A stretch of 64,000 nucleotides of DNA, from assembly GCA_000091205.1 (NCBI GenBank), contig AP006491.2; one strand, 5' to 3'. This document shows, in pieces, positions 42,477 to 54,354 of this stretch. A program made the translations under genes and the position numbers. The stretch's first letter is position 1; each line of letters opens with the position of its first letter. Below the pieces are notes generated by a model. It made no database searches. It had not been told where the DNA came from and was given only the letters and a program-made list of their open reading frames with translations. The DNA is from Cyanidioschyzon merolae. Taxonomy: Eukaryota.

Positions 42477-44200
42477 GTGTGCGTTTGGTCGCCTGAAAAC
42501 ACGAATCCCCAAGTAACTGTTATTTCCAGGATGTATGCTTGTCCAAGTCAAGCTCCCAAAGCGCCTGAGCAGCAACGTTTCGGAATAGTGTACGGTTTCA
42601 CGCACTCCGCTCTGGATACACCAGTAAAGAAGCTGGTAACGCGGGAATCCCATGGGGTGATCAGTAAGCGCGCGACGGCGGACGGAGGCGCGCTCGATCG
42701 GCACCGCCACGTTCACGAACGAGTGGCTTGCAGCAGCGCCTCCACTACGGGGAGGTCGCGGAGCTTGTCGGCCCTTGAGCCCAGTCTTTACCAAGGACAG
42801 GTACCGATCGTTCACAGCTTAGATCCAGTGGGATGTTGCTTGGTGATGAACGTAGGGTTCTCTGGGATGGAAACGACAGCAGATAACCTCGCCGCAGCTG
42901 GGAGCGGGGTGCGCTGCGCTTCAGCTCTTCCACAGCTCCCGCTCATGAGCGTTTATTGCGTGGTGCATTCGGTTCTATCGTGAAGCGATCGTGACAGCTC
43001 AGTAGCGCGATCCTGTGCATGCTTTGTGTGAGTCTAAGTTTCCACGTCCTGAGCGTGCTCAGCGCGTTGATATCGACGTTTTGGCAGATGTCGGCATTCG
43101 ATAACGTCGGAATCTCCTCGCACGCCCAATTGTAGCGTGTTCTGCTGCCTGCACTGCATATATCGGCATTGGATGGACGTGGTGCGTTCATGATGCGGGA
43201 CATTCCATCTACCTAGTGACGGTGGTTGCGCTCAGGCAGCGCGGGTGTGTTGCTCCGACAGCTTTCAGAAACGGCACTAGTGTAACTCGGGTTGTAAAGC
43301 ATGCCGAGGAACCACAGGGCTCTGTAACGCCGAAGACTATGGAGTCAACCCTGAAAGTGCTCGCCTCCTCCCGCCAAAGAGCTCTGTCCACAGGTGTACC
43401 ACAACGGTTGCCACCAGCGCTGGCGAGCACGTCTCGACTCGAACACGAAGCTGCCCAGCACAGCGTACGGCCCAGTGTGTGCCGCACTCCCTCTCTGCCT
43501 GAACCGAAGTGTTCCGTACACCCTAGGCGAGACAAGATTAGGTGAAAAACCTTCCAGTTTGCGCATCCAGCGGAGGCAGCAGCTACTCAAGTCGTCCACA
43601 CCTCCGCTCCATGACGGCTCGCGGGCCCAACGGGCAAACAGTTGCTACGCGCTCTTCACACGTTGCAGCTGCAGGCCCTGCGCATTGAACCAGACTGCCC
43701 CAGTTACGCAAATACCCCTATTACCTAAACACCTACATCATCCAGGTTCGTTTCATGGTACATGATCAGTGTATCCAACGTAGCTATCGCAGCAGCATCA
43801 CGTTGGATTATCGATAGCAAAGGCGGCTTGCCAATGCGCTCCTGCCGCCTCCAGAAGCGGCGATATCGCGTGATGGCATCGCTGCTGGGCGCGCCGCCAA
43901 GGATGGCTGTTTCGTGATTCGCTACGCGTAGCGAACAGGGTTGCTCGGTGAAGTGATTCACTGCTAGGAGCGTTACTCGACGCTCTTCCCGTGCTAAAGA
44001 CGATAGCTGGCTGAGAAAGGGGCTCCACTGAGGCAGCATTCGACACTTGTGTTCTTGAGGGGCGCCGTTCCCGATCGAGCGGGAACGTTACCGCAGGTGC
44101 TGCTGGTTTCTTCAGTTGCTGTTCGAGGCCTGCACGGGGGTTCTGTTACTGCGCCTCTCGGACGCGGTTCAGAGCAAGCACATAGAGCGCTTGCAACGTC

Positions 44201-45439
44201 TTGTGCCTGTTTTTGATCATGTTTAGCTGCTTGACGTCTGTAGCTCAGGGGAACGGGCGGCTTCAGCGCACCTCTAAACAAGTGCCGCTGGTCGCGCGCC
44301 GGGAGAGGCGCCACCGACTGGCGGTTCGCACGCTCCGTCCTGCCTTGGAGAGCTCCCTCTCTCGTTTCACGGAGCAGGAGCAAGCGTTTCCCACACTAAA
44401 GGCGGACGCGAAACCCAAGACGGCTTCAAACTCACGGACAGCAGGCGTTCCAAACCGGTTGAAGGAGGAGGAAGGCGCTTGTTTCGTAGAGTTTCTCCGG
44501 AGAGCGGTTGAGGACTGCCGAAGGAACGTGCAGGCCGGAGGGCACGGCACCGAGGACCTCGTGTGGGAGCGCGTTCGCCTTGAGGCAGAAGCTGCGGCGC
44601 GCGAGGAGCAGCTCCTTGCATCCTTTCTTTACGCAACTGTCCTGAACCACGACACACTGGAGGCGTGTCTTGCCTTCCACCTGGCCAATAAGCTCGCGTC
44701 AACGACGCTGCCCAGTACCATGCTGAACGAAATCATTCGAGAAGCGCTGGAGAAAGCACCGGAGGCGCGTTACGCCATTCGACTGGACTTGTTGGCGGTG
44801 GCGGATCGAGATCCGGCGTGTACGCGAGTGATCGATGCGTTGCTTTTCTTTAAGGGCTTCCACGCCTTGCAAACGCATCGAGTTGCACATTGGCTGTGGA
44901 GCCAGAACCGCCAGGCCCTTGCAATGTACCTCCACAGCCAAGTCTGCAAGGTGCTACAAATCGACATCCACCCCGCAGCAAGAATCGGCTATGGTGTATT
45001 TATAGACCACGGAACCGGAGTGGTTATCGGCGAGACCGCGCGAGTCGGAAATAACGTCAGTCTGCTTCATCACGTGACTCTGGGTGGCACTGGTACCAAG
45101 CTCGGGGATCGACACCCAAGGATCGAGGATTGTGTTCTGATCGGGGCCGGTGCAACGATTCTGGGGAACATCACCGTCGGCTATGGCGCTATGGTCGGTG
45201 CGTGCACCGTGCTCACGAGCGACCTGCCGCCGCACTCGACGGCAGTAGGTGTTCCTGCGCGAGTTATTGGTGCTCCGCGCACGAAAGCGCCAGCTTTTGA
45301 CATGGACCAAGACCCGACACACTGTCGCAAGCGACGAACAGCAGTAGAGCACCCGGATGGCAGCAGCCATTCGCTGCCAGAGACGGGCACCGTAGATGTT
45401 ACTTCGACGTCGACGAATGGCCATGCGCTGGACAGCTAA
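44201..45439 (+). CDS. Serine O-acetyltransferase (CysE/SAT) with an ~130-aa N-terminal extension (possible organellar presequence).
   Basis: 'LLAVADRDPACTRVIDALLFFKGFHALQTHRVAHWLW', hexapeptide-repeat region 'DIHPAARIGYGVFIDHGTGVVIGETARVGNNVSLLHHVTLGGTG...DRHPRIEDCVLIGAGATILGNITVG'. Confidence 0.85.
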   Translation: MCLFLIMFSCLTSVAQGNGRLQRTSKQVPLVARRERRHRLAVRTLRPALESSLSRFTEQEQAFPTLKADAKPKTASNSRTAGVPNRLKEEEGACFVEFLRRAVEDCRRNVQAGGHGTEDLVWERVRLEAEAAAREEQLLASFLYATVLNHDTLEACLAFHLANKLASTTLPSTMLNEIIREALEKAPEARYAIRLDLLAVADRDPACTRVIDALLFFKGFHALQTHRVAHWLWSQNRQALAMYLHSQVCKVLQIDIHPAARIGYGVFIDHGTGVVIGETARVGNNVSLLHHVTLGGTGTKLGDRHPRIEDCVLIGAGATILGNITVGYGAMVGACTVLTSDLPPHSTAVGVPARVIGAPRTKAPAFDMDQDPTHCRKRRTAVEHPDGSSHSLPETGTVDVTSTSTNGHALDS

Positions 45440-46066
45440 GTAGCTTTCGGAGCTGGACGCCCTCGACCCGCGTTTTTGTACACTAAGCATGACGTGGATC
45501 ATTTCATGTACAGGTAAAGGATGCATGCAGGTTCGTCAGATAACGCGAGCACATACGTTGTCATGGAGTTAGAGGACACGATATGCGGTCGGCGTTTCAA
45601 CGAGCGCGCGAGCGGGACTCTTCGGGAAACGATTCGCACGCGAGCCTTTATCCTTGGTGCTCAGAGCATCTCAAAACGCCTCTGGAGCGCTGCGATACCC
45701 AGGTGGTGGTCATGTGAAGTGTATTTCCTGTTGATGACACGTTTCATCTGCTGGATGCGAGAGGTGCCGGCTCACAGCGGAGGCTTCTTGCCCTCTGACG
45801 ACCTTGCGGTAAACGGTTCGAATTTGGAGACCCGGTTTCATCGACCGCACCTCTGGCTAGTGGCGGAACTCGGAGTTCCGGTGCGGCAGCAAGATGGACG
45901 CTCAATCGAACGCGGATAACCACTGCACAATCGGAGATGCCCTGTTCGTGCGTAAACGATCCTACACCGCAGCAAAAATTCGATGACGTCTCGGGCGGTA
46001 GTGCTTGGATTCTGGATACCCAGGCTAACGCTTGTAAGCTCAGCGCGCAACAGCGGCAGCGGTACT

Positions 46067-47125
46067 CTAGCGGTCAGCGATAGCGTGCCAACGAATCGGT
46101 TCGAGGCCAAGTGACTGGAGGTACTCGTTCGCCTTGCGGAAGTGATTGCATCCAAACCAGCCTCCTCGAGCGGCAGCCATAGGGCTCGGATGTGCAGCCT
46201 GCAGAACCAGATGACGGTTTGCATTCACCCGCGAACACTTCTCCTTCGCGAAATTGCCCCAGAGCATAAAGACGAGTCCACGCGTGCCGGCGAGCTTCTG
46301 CTGATCGAGAACGCGGATGACTTCATCCGTGAACTTTTGCCAACCCCCATGCTTAGCATGGCTGCCCGGCTTGTGCGCTTCAACAGTGAGCACAGCGTTG
46401 AGTAGGAGCACACCCTGGTCTGCCCAGGCCTCGAGACAGCCGTGGTTTGGCGGTCGGAAGGGTTCCGGATCACTTTCAGGGAACTCACGTGCGAGTTCAC
46501 CGTAAATGTTGAGAAGAGACGGTGGCGGCACAACACCCCGAGGTACACTAAAGCACAGTCCGTGCGCCTGGCCTACGTTATGGTACGGGTCTTGGCCGAT
46601 GATCACCACTTTCACCTTCTCGAGGGGACACCGCTGAAACGCATGGAAAACCAAGTTCTGTGGAGGGAATATCCGTTTGCCCTGGGCAATCTCCTTCTGT
46701 AGGAATTCGTTGAGCGACGCCCACGACTTGCTTTGAAAGTGTGCAGCTAAAGCTTGTCGCCAGCACGACGGCAAACTCGGTTCGAGAGCCGTCGCGGTCG
46801 CAGCAAGCGCGTAGCCCGCAGGCCGCGGCACGGGAAGCACCTGTGCCGCTGCAGCACCTGAGGTCGCTCTCGCTTTCACGAAGCCGTCGAGGGTTCCGCG
46901 GGCAACGCTCGCCACAAACCCGGCCTTCATATCACTGGAACTCTTGGAAACGGTGACGGCAGGCGGCGAGAGGTCCGTTTCTGCACTGTGTAGCGCGAAG
47001 AGCAGGAGGTCGTCGGGGGCCTCCCCAGCCCCGTGTGCGCTCGTCTGTTCCGAGAGTTCACTGAGTGCCCTTTTTCTTCCACTCGCAGGGGTGAGGCTTC
47101 TCTGTTCGTTCTCCACGACGAGCAT
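46067..47125 (-). CDS. UNG: Uracil-DNA glycosylase (family 1 UNG) with a disordered N-terminal region.
   Basis: 'VKVVIIGQDPYHNVGQAHGLCFSV' (water-activating GQDPYH motif), 'GVLLLNAVLTV', 'LVFMLWGNFA', 'LQAAHPSP' (HPSPL leucine-loop region). Confidence 0.85.
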   Translation of the reverse strand: MLVVENEQRSLTPASGRKRALSELSEQTSAHGAGEAPDDLLLFALHSAETDLSPPAVTVSKSSSDMKAGFVASVARGTLDGFVKARATSGAAAAQVLPVPRPAGYALAATATALEPSLPSCWRQALAAHFQSKSWASLNEFLQKEIAQGKRIFPPQNLVFHAFQRCPLEKVKVVIIGQDPYHNVGQAHGLCFSVPRGVVPPPSLLNIYGELAREFPESDPEPFRPPNHGCLEAWADQGVLLLNAVLTVEAHKPGSHAKHGGWQKFTDEVIRVLDQQKLAGTRGLVFMLWGNFAKEKCSRVNANRHLVLQAAHPSPMAAARGGWFGCNHFRKANEYLQSLGLEPIRWHAIADR

Positions 47126-48640
47126 GCACAGGCAGTTTCTTCAGTGGAAGCGTGCCAACTAGTGTCGATCAGCTCGAGCTGGCGAGAAGCGCGCGCTTAT
47201 GCTCGTTTACCCGCCACGGTGCGGCTGGGAATATGCGCGCGCGCGCGCGCGCAGGGGAAGCGCTTTCGAGGTTCGTACTCTCCGCAGCACTTGCATCCAC
47301 ATAAAGTGGAGCGGGTCCACTAACACAAGGATACACGCTAAAGTTTTGGTTTCTCCGCAGAGTCATGAAAACCAGCGTTTCCTGCATTCTTATTTGCGTA
47401 CTTTCCTCTCTGTTCTCTTATATCCGGGTTTAAGAAAGCGGTCGTCCTTGGATTTCCAGCTCCGAGCCTAGCAGTCGAAAGATATTGATCGCAGCTTTAG
47501 AGTTACGAGCTCAATGCTTGCTGTTGCTGTCGACGCATCTCATACAGAGCGAAAAGGTCCGTTCTACGCTTGGCTTGTCATTTTCAGCTTCGCAGTATAC
47601 ATCGTCGGTGCGCGCTTCCGAGTGGTGACCCTTGATGGTGGACATGCGTTCCCATGTATCGGTCATATCACCCTCTTCGGGCGCTGCCCATTTGGCACGC
47701 AAAGAGTTGATGCACCGCTCGGTACATGCAACTGACGTGTATAGAGGGCTTCGCTCGATACCCGCCGCTGTTTCTGGGCCAAGTGCTGTACTGAACGATC
47801 CAGGACATGTTGTGAGCGATCTCCGCAGCGAGAAGTCTACGTGCTAGACGAGCAAGTGCACGCTGTACCACTTGATTCAGAAGTTGCGAAGATCGACGTT
47901 CGCCATGATGCGACAGGTACCTCTGGAACATTAGGGATGCAGAAAAAGCCGGAGACTTTCTATGCGTCTATGCTCCGTCTGAGCAAAAGCGGCTGCGGAC
48001 GCCCCACCTAAAGTGATTACTGCAATGACTAGCGTCTGTATCCAACAGACTTATCCAGGCATACGAGAGAGCCGAACGCCTCTGAGAGCCTATCGCATGA
48101 GATGTATCAAGCAGCTGTGGAATACTTCTTCGTCGATTGCCTCAAACAGAATAGGATTTGGTATTCGAACGAGATTGATCATTAGCTCACGTGAGTATTC
48201 CAATGTATGGTTAGCATGAACGAATGAGCAAGTCGTCGAGGAACGACGACATGGTTTGTCCCTCGTCCATCAAATGCGCACAATGACACGCCATTGAGCG
48301 GCCTCGAAACAGAAAGATCGAAAACTTGAAGAATTCGTGATTTGAGCATGCAACACGAACGTAAAACAAAGGAATAGATGCTTTCACATATGATTTGGAT
48401 AATGATATCGGTTACTTTACGAGGGCTTGTTCGAGGGCATCGCGAATTATCGTGATTTCAGTGACGTTGCGATTTCCAGCTGTAAAGTATCGAAAGCGTC
48501 ACTCCGAATAAACAATCGAGAATCGTTAAACTAGCTATGATTCCGTAACCACTTTTGCTCCACACTGAGTTTAAAGACTGTACATCCAACCAAAAAATTC
48601 GCAACAGAAATCGAAAGCCACCTGCAGCGCGGGCACCTCA

Positions 48641-50320
48641 GTGTTCTACGTTCGTCGGACACTGGCGTATACACCGGCTCCCGCCGTTGTTCCCATGGTC
48701 GTTGGCAGCGTTGTTGCCCTAGCGCTGGTTGGGCTGCTGTGGCTAGCGCTTTGTCGTCAGCTGGTAGAGTCGGAACCGAGGCAGGTGGCCGCCTCCGACA
48801 GTTCCCGGGCATCGTTCGGCTTCCTACACCCGTCCTGTGCCGGTGGCGGCGGCGGGGAACGCGTCCTCTGGTGCGCAGTTCGAGCACTGTGCAGCGAAAC
48901 CCGTCGACTAGCGAGCGACAGACCACAGAACGGCTCGACACCGCATAGCACGATCGTCGCTCCCCGCGTTTGGCTTTATACTGCTCGCTATCGTTCCAGT
49001 GTCGCCGAGATTCGTGCTTTTCTGGACGTGCGGCTCGCCGAGCAGTTCGGTGCAGAGGCTTTCACGAATGCTGTCCAGCAAGTGAGACTGGTGCCTCTGT
49101 ACACTGCTGTATTGCTGGAGCCTCGTTGGTATCCTTATTTTACCATGCTCTTTCAGTTGCTTGCCGGGATGCCGGTTGCTGTGGAGATCATGCTGCGGCA
49201 CGCGTCTTTCCTGGTCACGCACCTGTTGAGCAAGTGCGTCAGCTGGTTTCGGAAACGCTACCGAACGCCCTTAGAGGATTACAGGCTGCCGTCGATCTTC
49301 CTAGATACAGTGGGCGTCCCGCTTGCTCTGCTGTGTCTCAAGTGGTGGACTTGTGGGCGTATCCGCACCGGCGCCTATGTTCATTATCCATTCGTGTCGA
49401 ACGAGATGATGTCTCATGAGCCGAGGAGCACCGGCTCCGGCTCGCGCAAGCTACGCTCTGTATGTCGTCGCGGGTACTATCGCGCTGTTGTGCTACCGCT
49501 TTATGCGGCGTGCGGGGCGGCCACGGATCTCGTGATGGCGAACTCATCGTGGACACTGCAGCGAATGGAGCAGTTATGGTGCGGGAGCGGTGCTAGTAGT
49601 TCGCGTGCGTCCTGTACAGGGCATCATCGTCGAAATATCTTCCTCGTGTACCCGCCGTGCGGTGCAAGGCGGACGCACTCGTCATTTCCTGCGCTAGAGA
49701 GGGACGCAGTGCGCCAGCGCGTCGTCTCCATTGCTCAGTTTCGCCCCGAAAAGCGCCATGAGACTCAGCTGGATTGCTTTGTGGAGTTATTGCAGCGGTA
49801 TCCCCGGGAGACCTCACAAGCGCGTTTGCTCATGATTGGTGGTGCTCGCAACCATGCCGATCGAATGCGGGCCGAGCGTTTGCTCCAGCGAGCTGTAGCG
49901 CTCACAGGATCCGCCTCTAGCGGCGGCCGTATCGAGGTTCACGTGAATGCAAGTCGCATCGAGATCGAAGAGGTACTAGCTGGAGAATTTGGATGCTTTT
50001 TACATACCATGGAGGAGGAGCATTTTGGAATCAGCATTGTGGAGGCGATGTCGCATGGGCTACTCGTGATTGCTCACGGATCCGGCGGTGCAGCACTGGA
50101 TATTCTGCGTCCCGTTTCGCCCGACTCGCCTCTGGGGCTTGTGTATCGCACTCGACATGAGCTCACTGAATGCCTGGCAGACGCTCTATTTCGGTTGCCG
50201 GTGGCGACGCTTCAATCAATGCAGAGGCGGGCCTACGCACGAGCTCAGCGCGAATTCTCAGATGAGGCATTCTCTGAGCGATTTCTTACGGCGGTCGCTT
50301 CCCTTTGTACGAAGGGGTGA
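48641..50320 (+). CDS. ALG11: ALG11 GDP-Man:Man3GlcNAc2-PP-dolichol alpha-1,2-mannosyltransferase (GT4).
   Basis: N-terminal TM helix, then 'FGFLHPSCAGGGGGERVLW' (ALG11 signature), and C-terminal GT4 'EEHFGISIVEAMSHGLLVIAHGSGG'. Confidence 0.85.
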   Translation: MFYVRRTLAYTPAPAVVPMVVGSVVALALVGLLWLALCRQLVESEPRQVAASDSSRASFGFLHPSCAGGGGGERVLWCAVRALCSETRRLASDRPQNGSTPHSTIVAPRVWLYTARYRSSVAEIRAFLDVRLAEQFGAEAFTNAVQQVRLVPLYTAVLLEPRWYPYFTMLFQLLAGMPVAVEIMLRHASFLVTHLLSKCVSWFRKRYRTPLEDYRLPSIFLDTVGVPLALLCLKWWTCGRIRTGAYVHYPFVSNEMMSHEPRSTGSGSRKLRSVCRRGYYRAVVLPLYAACGAATDLVMANSSWTLQRMEQLWCGSGASSSRASCTGHHRRNIFLVYPPCGARRTHSSFPALERDAVRQRVVSIAQFRPEKRHETQLDCFVELLQRYPRETSQARLLMIGGARNHADRMRAERLLQRAVALTGSASSGGRIEVHVNASRIEIEEVLAGEFGCFLHTMEEEHFGISIVEAMSHGLLVIAHGSGGAALDILRPVSPDSPLGLVYRTRHELTECLADALFRLPVATLQSMQRRAYARAQREFSDEAFSERFLTAVASLCTKG

Positions 50321-50323
50321 TCC

Positions 50324-50359
<36 letters not shown>

Positions 50360-50362
50360 CAA
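50321..50362. repeat. (GCT)n microsatellite immediately 3' of the ALG11 stop.
   Basis: GCTGCTGCTGCTGCTGCTGCTGCTGCTGCC read directly. Confidence 0.8.
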
Positions 50363-50673
50363 CAACAACAGCCCTTGCACCACCATGAATGCATGATCAA
50401 AAGATGTCATGGTACGTTTTGTCGGATAAACAACAGTTTTCTTGCCGAGCAAGGCGACAACATCCACCAACACGAGCGACTGGGTTTGAGTGCGGCGCAT
50501 GCCGCTGTGCTCGCTCGGAAACCTGGACGCTGACCCTTCACGGGCTAGATCACGATCTTTGTACGCACCAGGACGCGAGTCTTCAGGACGACGGCACGGT
50601 GCACGTTCCGTTGTCGCGCGTGGGCGCCACCACAGTCGCAAGCACAGGCCTGCTACCCCGTGGCGTTTCGATC

Positions 50674-51123
50674 TCATACCGGGAGTTTCGGTTCGAAACC
50701 GATGCCACCGTTCGTTTCCAGGTATCCAGAGGCTGCCGATAGGCGGCGCAGTATCCGCCGAACAATGCTGGTGTCGACAAGCTGACCCAGAACCGGAACC
50801 TGTCGAAGAAACGTCATCGCGATCGGAATGAAGCTCAGGAATAGCCAGAGCGCACCGACCGCTTGGACCAGAGTCCCCAGCACTGGCCAGCGCAACAGCA
50901 CCAGGCCAAAGCCGCCGAAGAAGAGCGCACTCGCGCGAAGTTTTCTTCTTGAGAAGAAGAAACGGGCGGCTCTCTTGAAGCCCAGGATGAAAAAGAGCGA
51001 CGAGGTGAAAAGAACACTTGCTATGGAGATCAGCCCCGTATCAAAAAAGAGTACAACACCGAGCCCATAAAATAAAACGGAAATTGCGCTCAAAGTAACC
51101 CCAATCTTTTGGTAGTCGTTCAT
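50674..51123 (-). CDS. GOT1: Vesicle transport protein Got1/GOLT1 (start at Met70 'MNDYQKIG' of ORF 50674-51330).
   Basis: Four-TM profile collinear with Got1: 'QKIGVTLSAISVLFYGLGVVLFFD', 'RFFFSRRKLRASALFFGGFGLVLLRWPVLG', 'FLRQVPVLGQLV' (cf. 'RFFFQKHK..TGFFLGGV..VL.GWP..G', 'F.RR.PVLGSL'). Confidence 0.7.
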   Translation of the reverse strand: MNDYQKIGVTLSAISVLFYGLGVVLFFDTGLISIASVLFTSSLFFILGFKRAARFFFSRRKLRASALFFGGFGLVLLRWPVLGTLVQAVGALWLFLSFIPIAMTFLRQVPVLGQLVDTSIVRRILRRLSAASGYLETNGGIGFEPKLPV

Positions 51124-53188
51124 GAGGCGCTCTCCTCGAAGCAACCTCACAAGCGCAAAGGCAAACGTGTCGATGTATAATAGAGTGTCCGCGTTCGACC
51201 GGGCGTCCTCGGTCGCTGACGCGCATAGACCGCGAGGCTGCCGACCTCGACAGGTCCGGTGCCTACAAGACGAACGAACAGGTGCAGTGCTCAGCAGACG
51301 TTGGCAACCTTGTTGCAAGATCTTCGGCAAATATCACGGAGAGGTGCGTCTGGAGCCGGTTTCTGACAGGGAGTCTACGCGGCGTACAGCGAGGGGTCCA
51401 GTTGCTGGGCTACTGGAAGTTTACAATCGACGGAGGAAGGAGGTTTTAGGCTAGAGGGACGGGAGCCTCGGGCAGAGTTTGGGCGGGCATGCGGCGGCCA
51501 GACGTTCCCGCTCCAGCGAGTGCGGAGCCGAGGCAGGGTGCACAAGGCTGCTGCTGAGACTCGTGTCTGCTCGAGTCCCGGAGAAGGGCTGGCGCTTGGA
51601 CGCAGAACCCTAGACCCTTGTACGTGCTAGATTATTGTGACTTTTGGGCGGACTTGAAAGCACCGGCAGCGTAACCTGCAGATGCGCAGTCTCTGTTTCA
51701 ATAACGGTCGTACCCGACTGCTCGGGTTTGCGGAGAGCGCGAAGTCTCTTTCCGTTGTGAAGCGGTGGCCTGTGGCAGCATTGTGCAGGCGTGCTCTCTC
51801 CGAATGACCACTGCAGCGGCAGTGGCGGCGCAACCGAGTCCAACCGAAGCTTCTACGGCAGACTCGATATCCGCAGGGTAGATAGCTGGGTCGTGCCCCA
51901 TGCTGAGGGACCACTGTTCTGAGGCTTTTAGAACGCGGAAGCTGCATCGGAAAGAATGACGATCCGTTCCCTGTTCACTGGCAAGGATTGCGCATCTCAG
52001 AGGCTCTGTTTAGACTCATCGATGGTACGAAATTGAATGACGTTGGCCTCTGTCTGTTCACGAATCCTCCATCATCAAGTATTTGATACTGTGAGCTGGT
52101 ACATGCTTCTGAGATCGTTCGTTCATCGAATGCCGCACGGGGGTGCATCGAGTGTCGATGCGTCGACATTATGAACGTTATTATATATCTTTCTGATTCA
52201 CGCTCGTGACCTTGTGTGCCAGTCAGGGCGTGCTTGCCGCTTTTGCGAATATTCGAAAGCGAGACGCACGCAACAACGCGCGAAGGTTGATGTTGCATTG
52301 AAAGTGCGACTCCTGCCGCGACAGCATGCCCACTGAATGGCATGGGTTCCATCGTTGCCCCATAAGCGACCAGCCACGAGGCATTTGCGCACAGGTTCAA
52401 TCACGGTGGGCGAGGCGCAACCGGAGGACGCGCCCAGTGCTCCTCGCTGTAGCGTATAGCCGCAACGTAGCGCTCTCTGCTACTTTCCAGGTTTTCTGAT
52501 GCGCCATGCCAATCGCGACGCTTCTGGACCAGAGATGCCGGATGAAGTGTTATCGAACCCATCTCTGAGCGATAATCCATCTGCGGCGGTTAGATGAGGC
52601 GTCTGTGCTTCCACGATCCAAAATACTACCGACGCCGAAGCTCTTCCACGGATAGCATCCTTTCGGCACTGGTGATATTTTGCGGGAGATACATCGCGAC
52701 GCGCTCTGGTTATCCCGCGTGGCTCATGCCGTTCCTCGGCTGGGTCTTTGCTGAGCCATTTTCACTGGGATTCTGTGACCAGCAGGTGCGCTCGCCCGCC
52801 AAGCAACCATCGATCGCTTCCATCGCTGAAAAACTTAAAGAAAGAAACGAACTTGCAAGTTTACCTCAACGAGAACGATGCTTCGCGCAGACCACAAGCG
52901 CCATGCCCCCAGCGTGCACCATCGATCGCAAGACCCGATCAGAGGCCCGGCACTTGAGCTGACGCAGTCAGCAGGGCAGGGTCACCGATGTTGCGTAGGC
53001 GTCCTTCCGATGCATCACGAGAATGTACTCCCACGTCGATACGTTCTCGTGGAAGCGTCCTCAGTGCGGATGCGGATGCGGATCCGGATGGTGTCCGAAG
53101 AACCATTCGACGGTTATCAGCGAAACCTAGCGGGTCCCTCAGTACGATTGTGCTTGTGTTGTATACAACTCCCCCAAGCGATGCACGA

Positions 53189-54304
53189 TCACTCTGTTTC
53201 CTCCGTGCCGTGCTCGTTGCTGACCGGCTCGGCGTCTCGCACGCGAATGCGCTTAGCTCGATCGTTAATCTCGCAGATTTGCGCGGTGAACTTGTCTCCT
53301 GGTTTGATCGATTGCAGGGTGCGCTGCTTGTTCTGCCCCCAAAGATCGGAAACATGCACAAAGGCATCCACTTCTGAGCCGATGTCTACGAAAGCGCCAA
53401 AGTTCGTGACTCTGCGCACAGTGCCCTCGACGGTTTCGTCGAGCTGATAAGAACCCACACGGCGCCGGTTCTCAGAGTCGGCGTAAACGAGAATGCGACG
53501 TCCATCAGCTGTCTCAGTGGGGGTATACAGATTTCGTGCGCTGGAGGTGTTCCTGCCCTGCGAGCGCTGCTGCCCCGGTGGAAGGAACGAAAGGGAAAGT
53601 CTCCGCTTTTCCAGATCTATGAACTTCACGTAGACGGTAACCTCATCGCCGCGAGTCACAAAGCTCTCGGGATTCTCAACGTACTCCCGCGAGAAATCAC
53701 GAATATGAACAAGGCCATCGAAGGGTATGAACTTTTTGCGCTCGCCCCAGGTGTTTGGTAATGCACCGGCCGTGTCAGCGGATGCCGCCTCCTGCTCCAT
53801 CGCATTCAGTTCAGATGCACCCTGTGCACTCGTTTCCGCAAGGCCATCGCTGGAGGCGTAAAATGAGGAGCTGGAATCCTCAGCGTTGTCTACCTCGTAG
53901 AAAACACCGCAGTCCACGAAAGCTCCGTAGCTTACAACGCCACACACCGTACCGCGAAGTTCTTGACCCGGCTGCAAATCTGTAAGCTTGTAGGTTAGCG
54001 GGCGCCGACGCATCGTTGAGGCAGTGCGGCGACTTGCAGACGGGGTGCGACGGGGGCCGCTACCCTCGCGCCGCGTGCGGCGGCGATAGCTATCTGGACC
54101 AAAACGCATTTCCTGCGAGAACATTCCCTCCTGCGCGTCAGCGCTCATAGGCTCTGCGGTCGTGAAGGGCGTTGATTCAGCAGCCACACCGGCGTCGAGC
54201 TTCGAAACACCTTCCGACCCACCCGCAGGTGTTGAATCACTGTTCACAGTTGGTTCCATCTTCTCTTCTGGGAGCTCCGCCGAGGCCATCGTCCAAGTGT
54301 CCAT
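53189..54304 (-). CDS. Protein with two S1 RNA-binding domains (start at 'MDTWTMASAEL'; the upstream part of ORF 53189-54529 runs into the transposon flank).
   Basis: S1 motifs 'GQELRGTVCGVVSYGAFVDCG' and 'VEGTVRRVTNFGAFVDIGSEVDAFVHVSDLW...IKPGDKFTAQICEIN'. Confidence 0.6.
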   Translation of the reverse strand: MDTWTMASAELPEEKMEPTVNSDSTPAGGSEGVSKLDAGVAAESTPFTTAEPMSADAQEGMFSQEMRFGPDSYRRRTRREGSGPRRTPSASRRTASTMRRRPLTYKLTDLQPGQELRGTVCGVVSYGAFVDCGVFYEVDNAEDSSSSFYASSDGLAETSAQGASELNAMEQEAASADTAGALPNTWGERKKFIPFDGLVHIRDFSREYVENPESFVTRGDEVTVYVKFIDLEKRRLSLSFLPPGQQRSQGRNTSSARNLYTPTETADGRRILVYADSENRRRVGSYQLDETVEGTVRRVTNFGAFVDIGSEVDAFVHVSDLWGQNKQRTLQSIKPGDKFTAQICEINDRAKRIRVRDAEPVSNEHGTEETE

Positions 54305-54354
54305 ACGGAGCACAGCGCGTCCGGGAAGGGAAGCCCTCCTCAGTCCGAAGCGAT

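Noticed and set aside
42111-42983. 290-aa ORF on the + strand
   Set aside because: It is entirely antisense to the well-supported thioredoxin reductase CDS and has no recognisable motifs. This is typical shadow-ORF behaviour in GC-rich DNA.
47236-47252. (GC)8 alternating tract in the UNG/ALG11 divergent promoter
   Set aside because: It is short and simple. It has Z-DNA potential only, with nothing to indicate function beyond a microsatellite.
50683-50705. tRNA T-loop-like 'TCGGTTCGAAACCGA'
   Set aside because: It lies inside the Got1 coding region, and I could not build an acceptor, D or anticodon arm around it.
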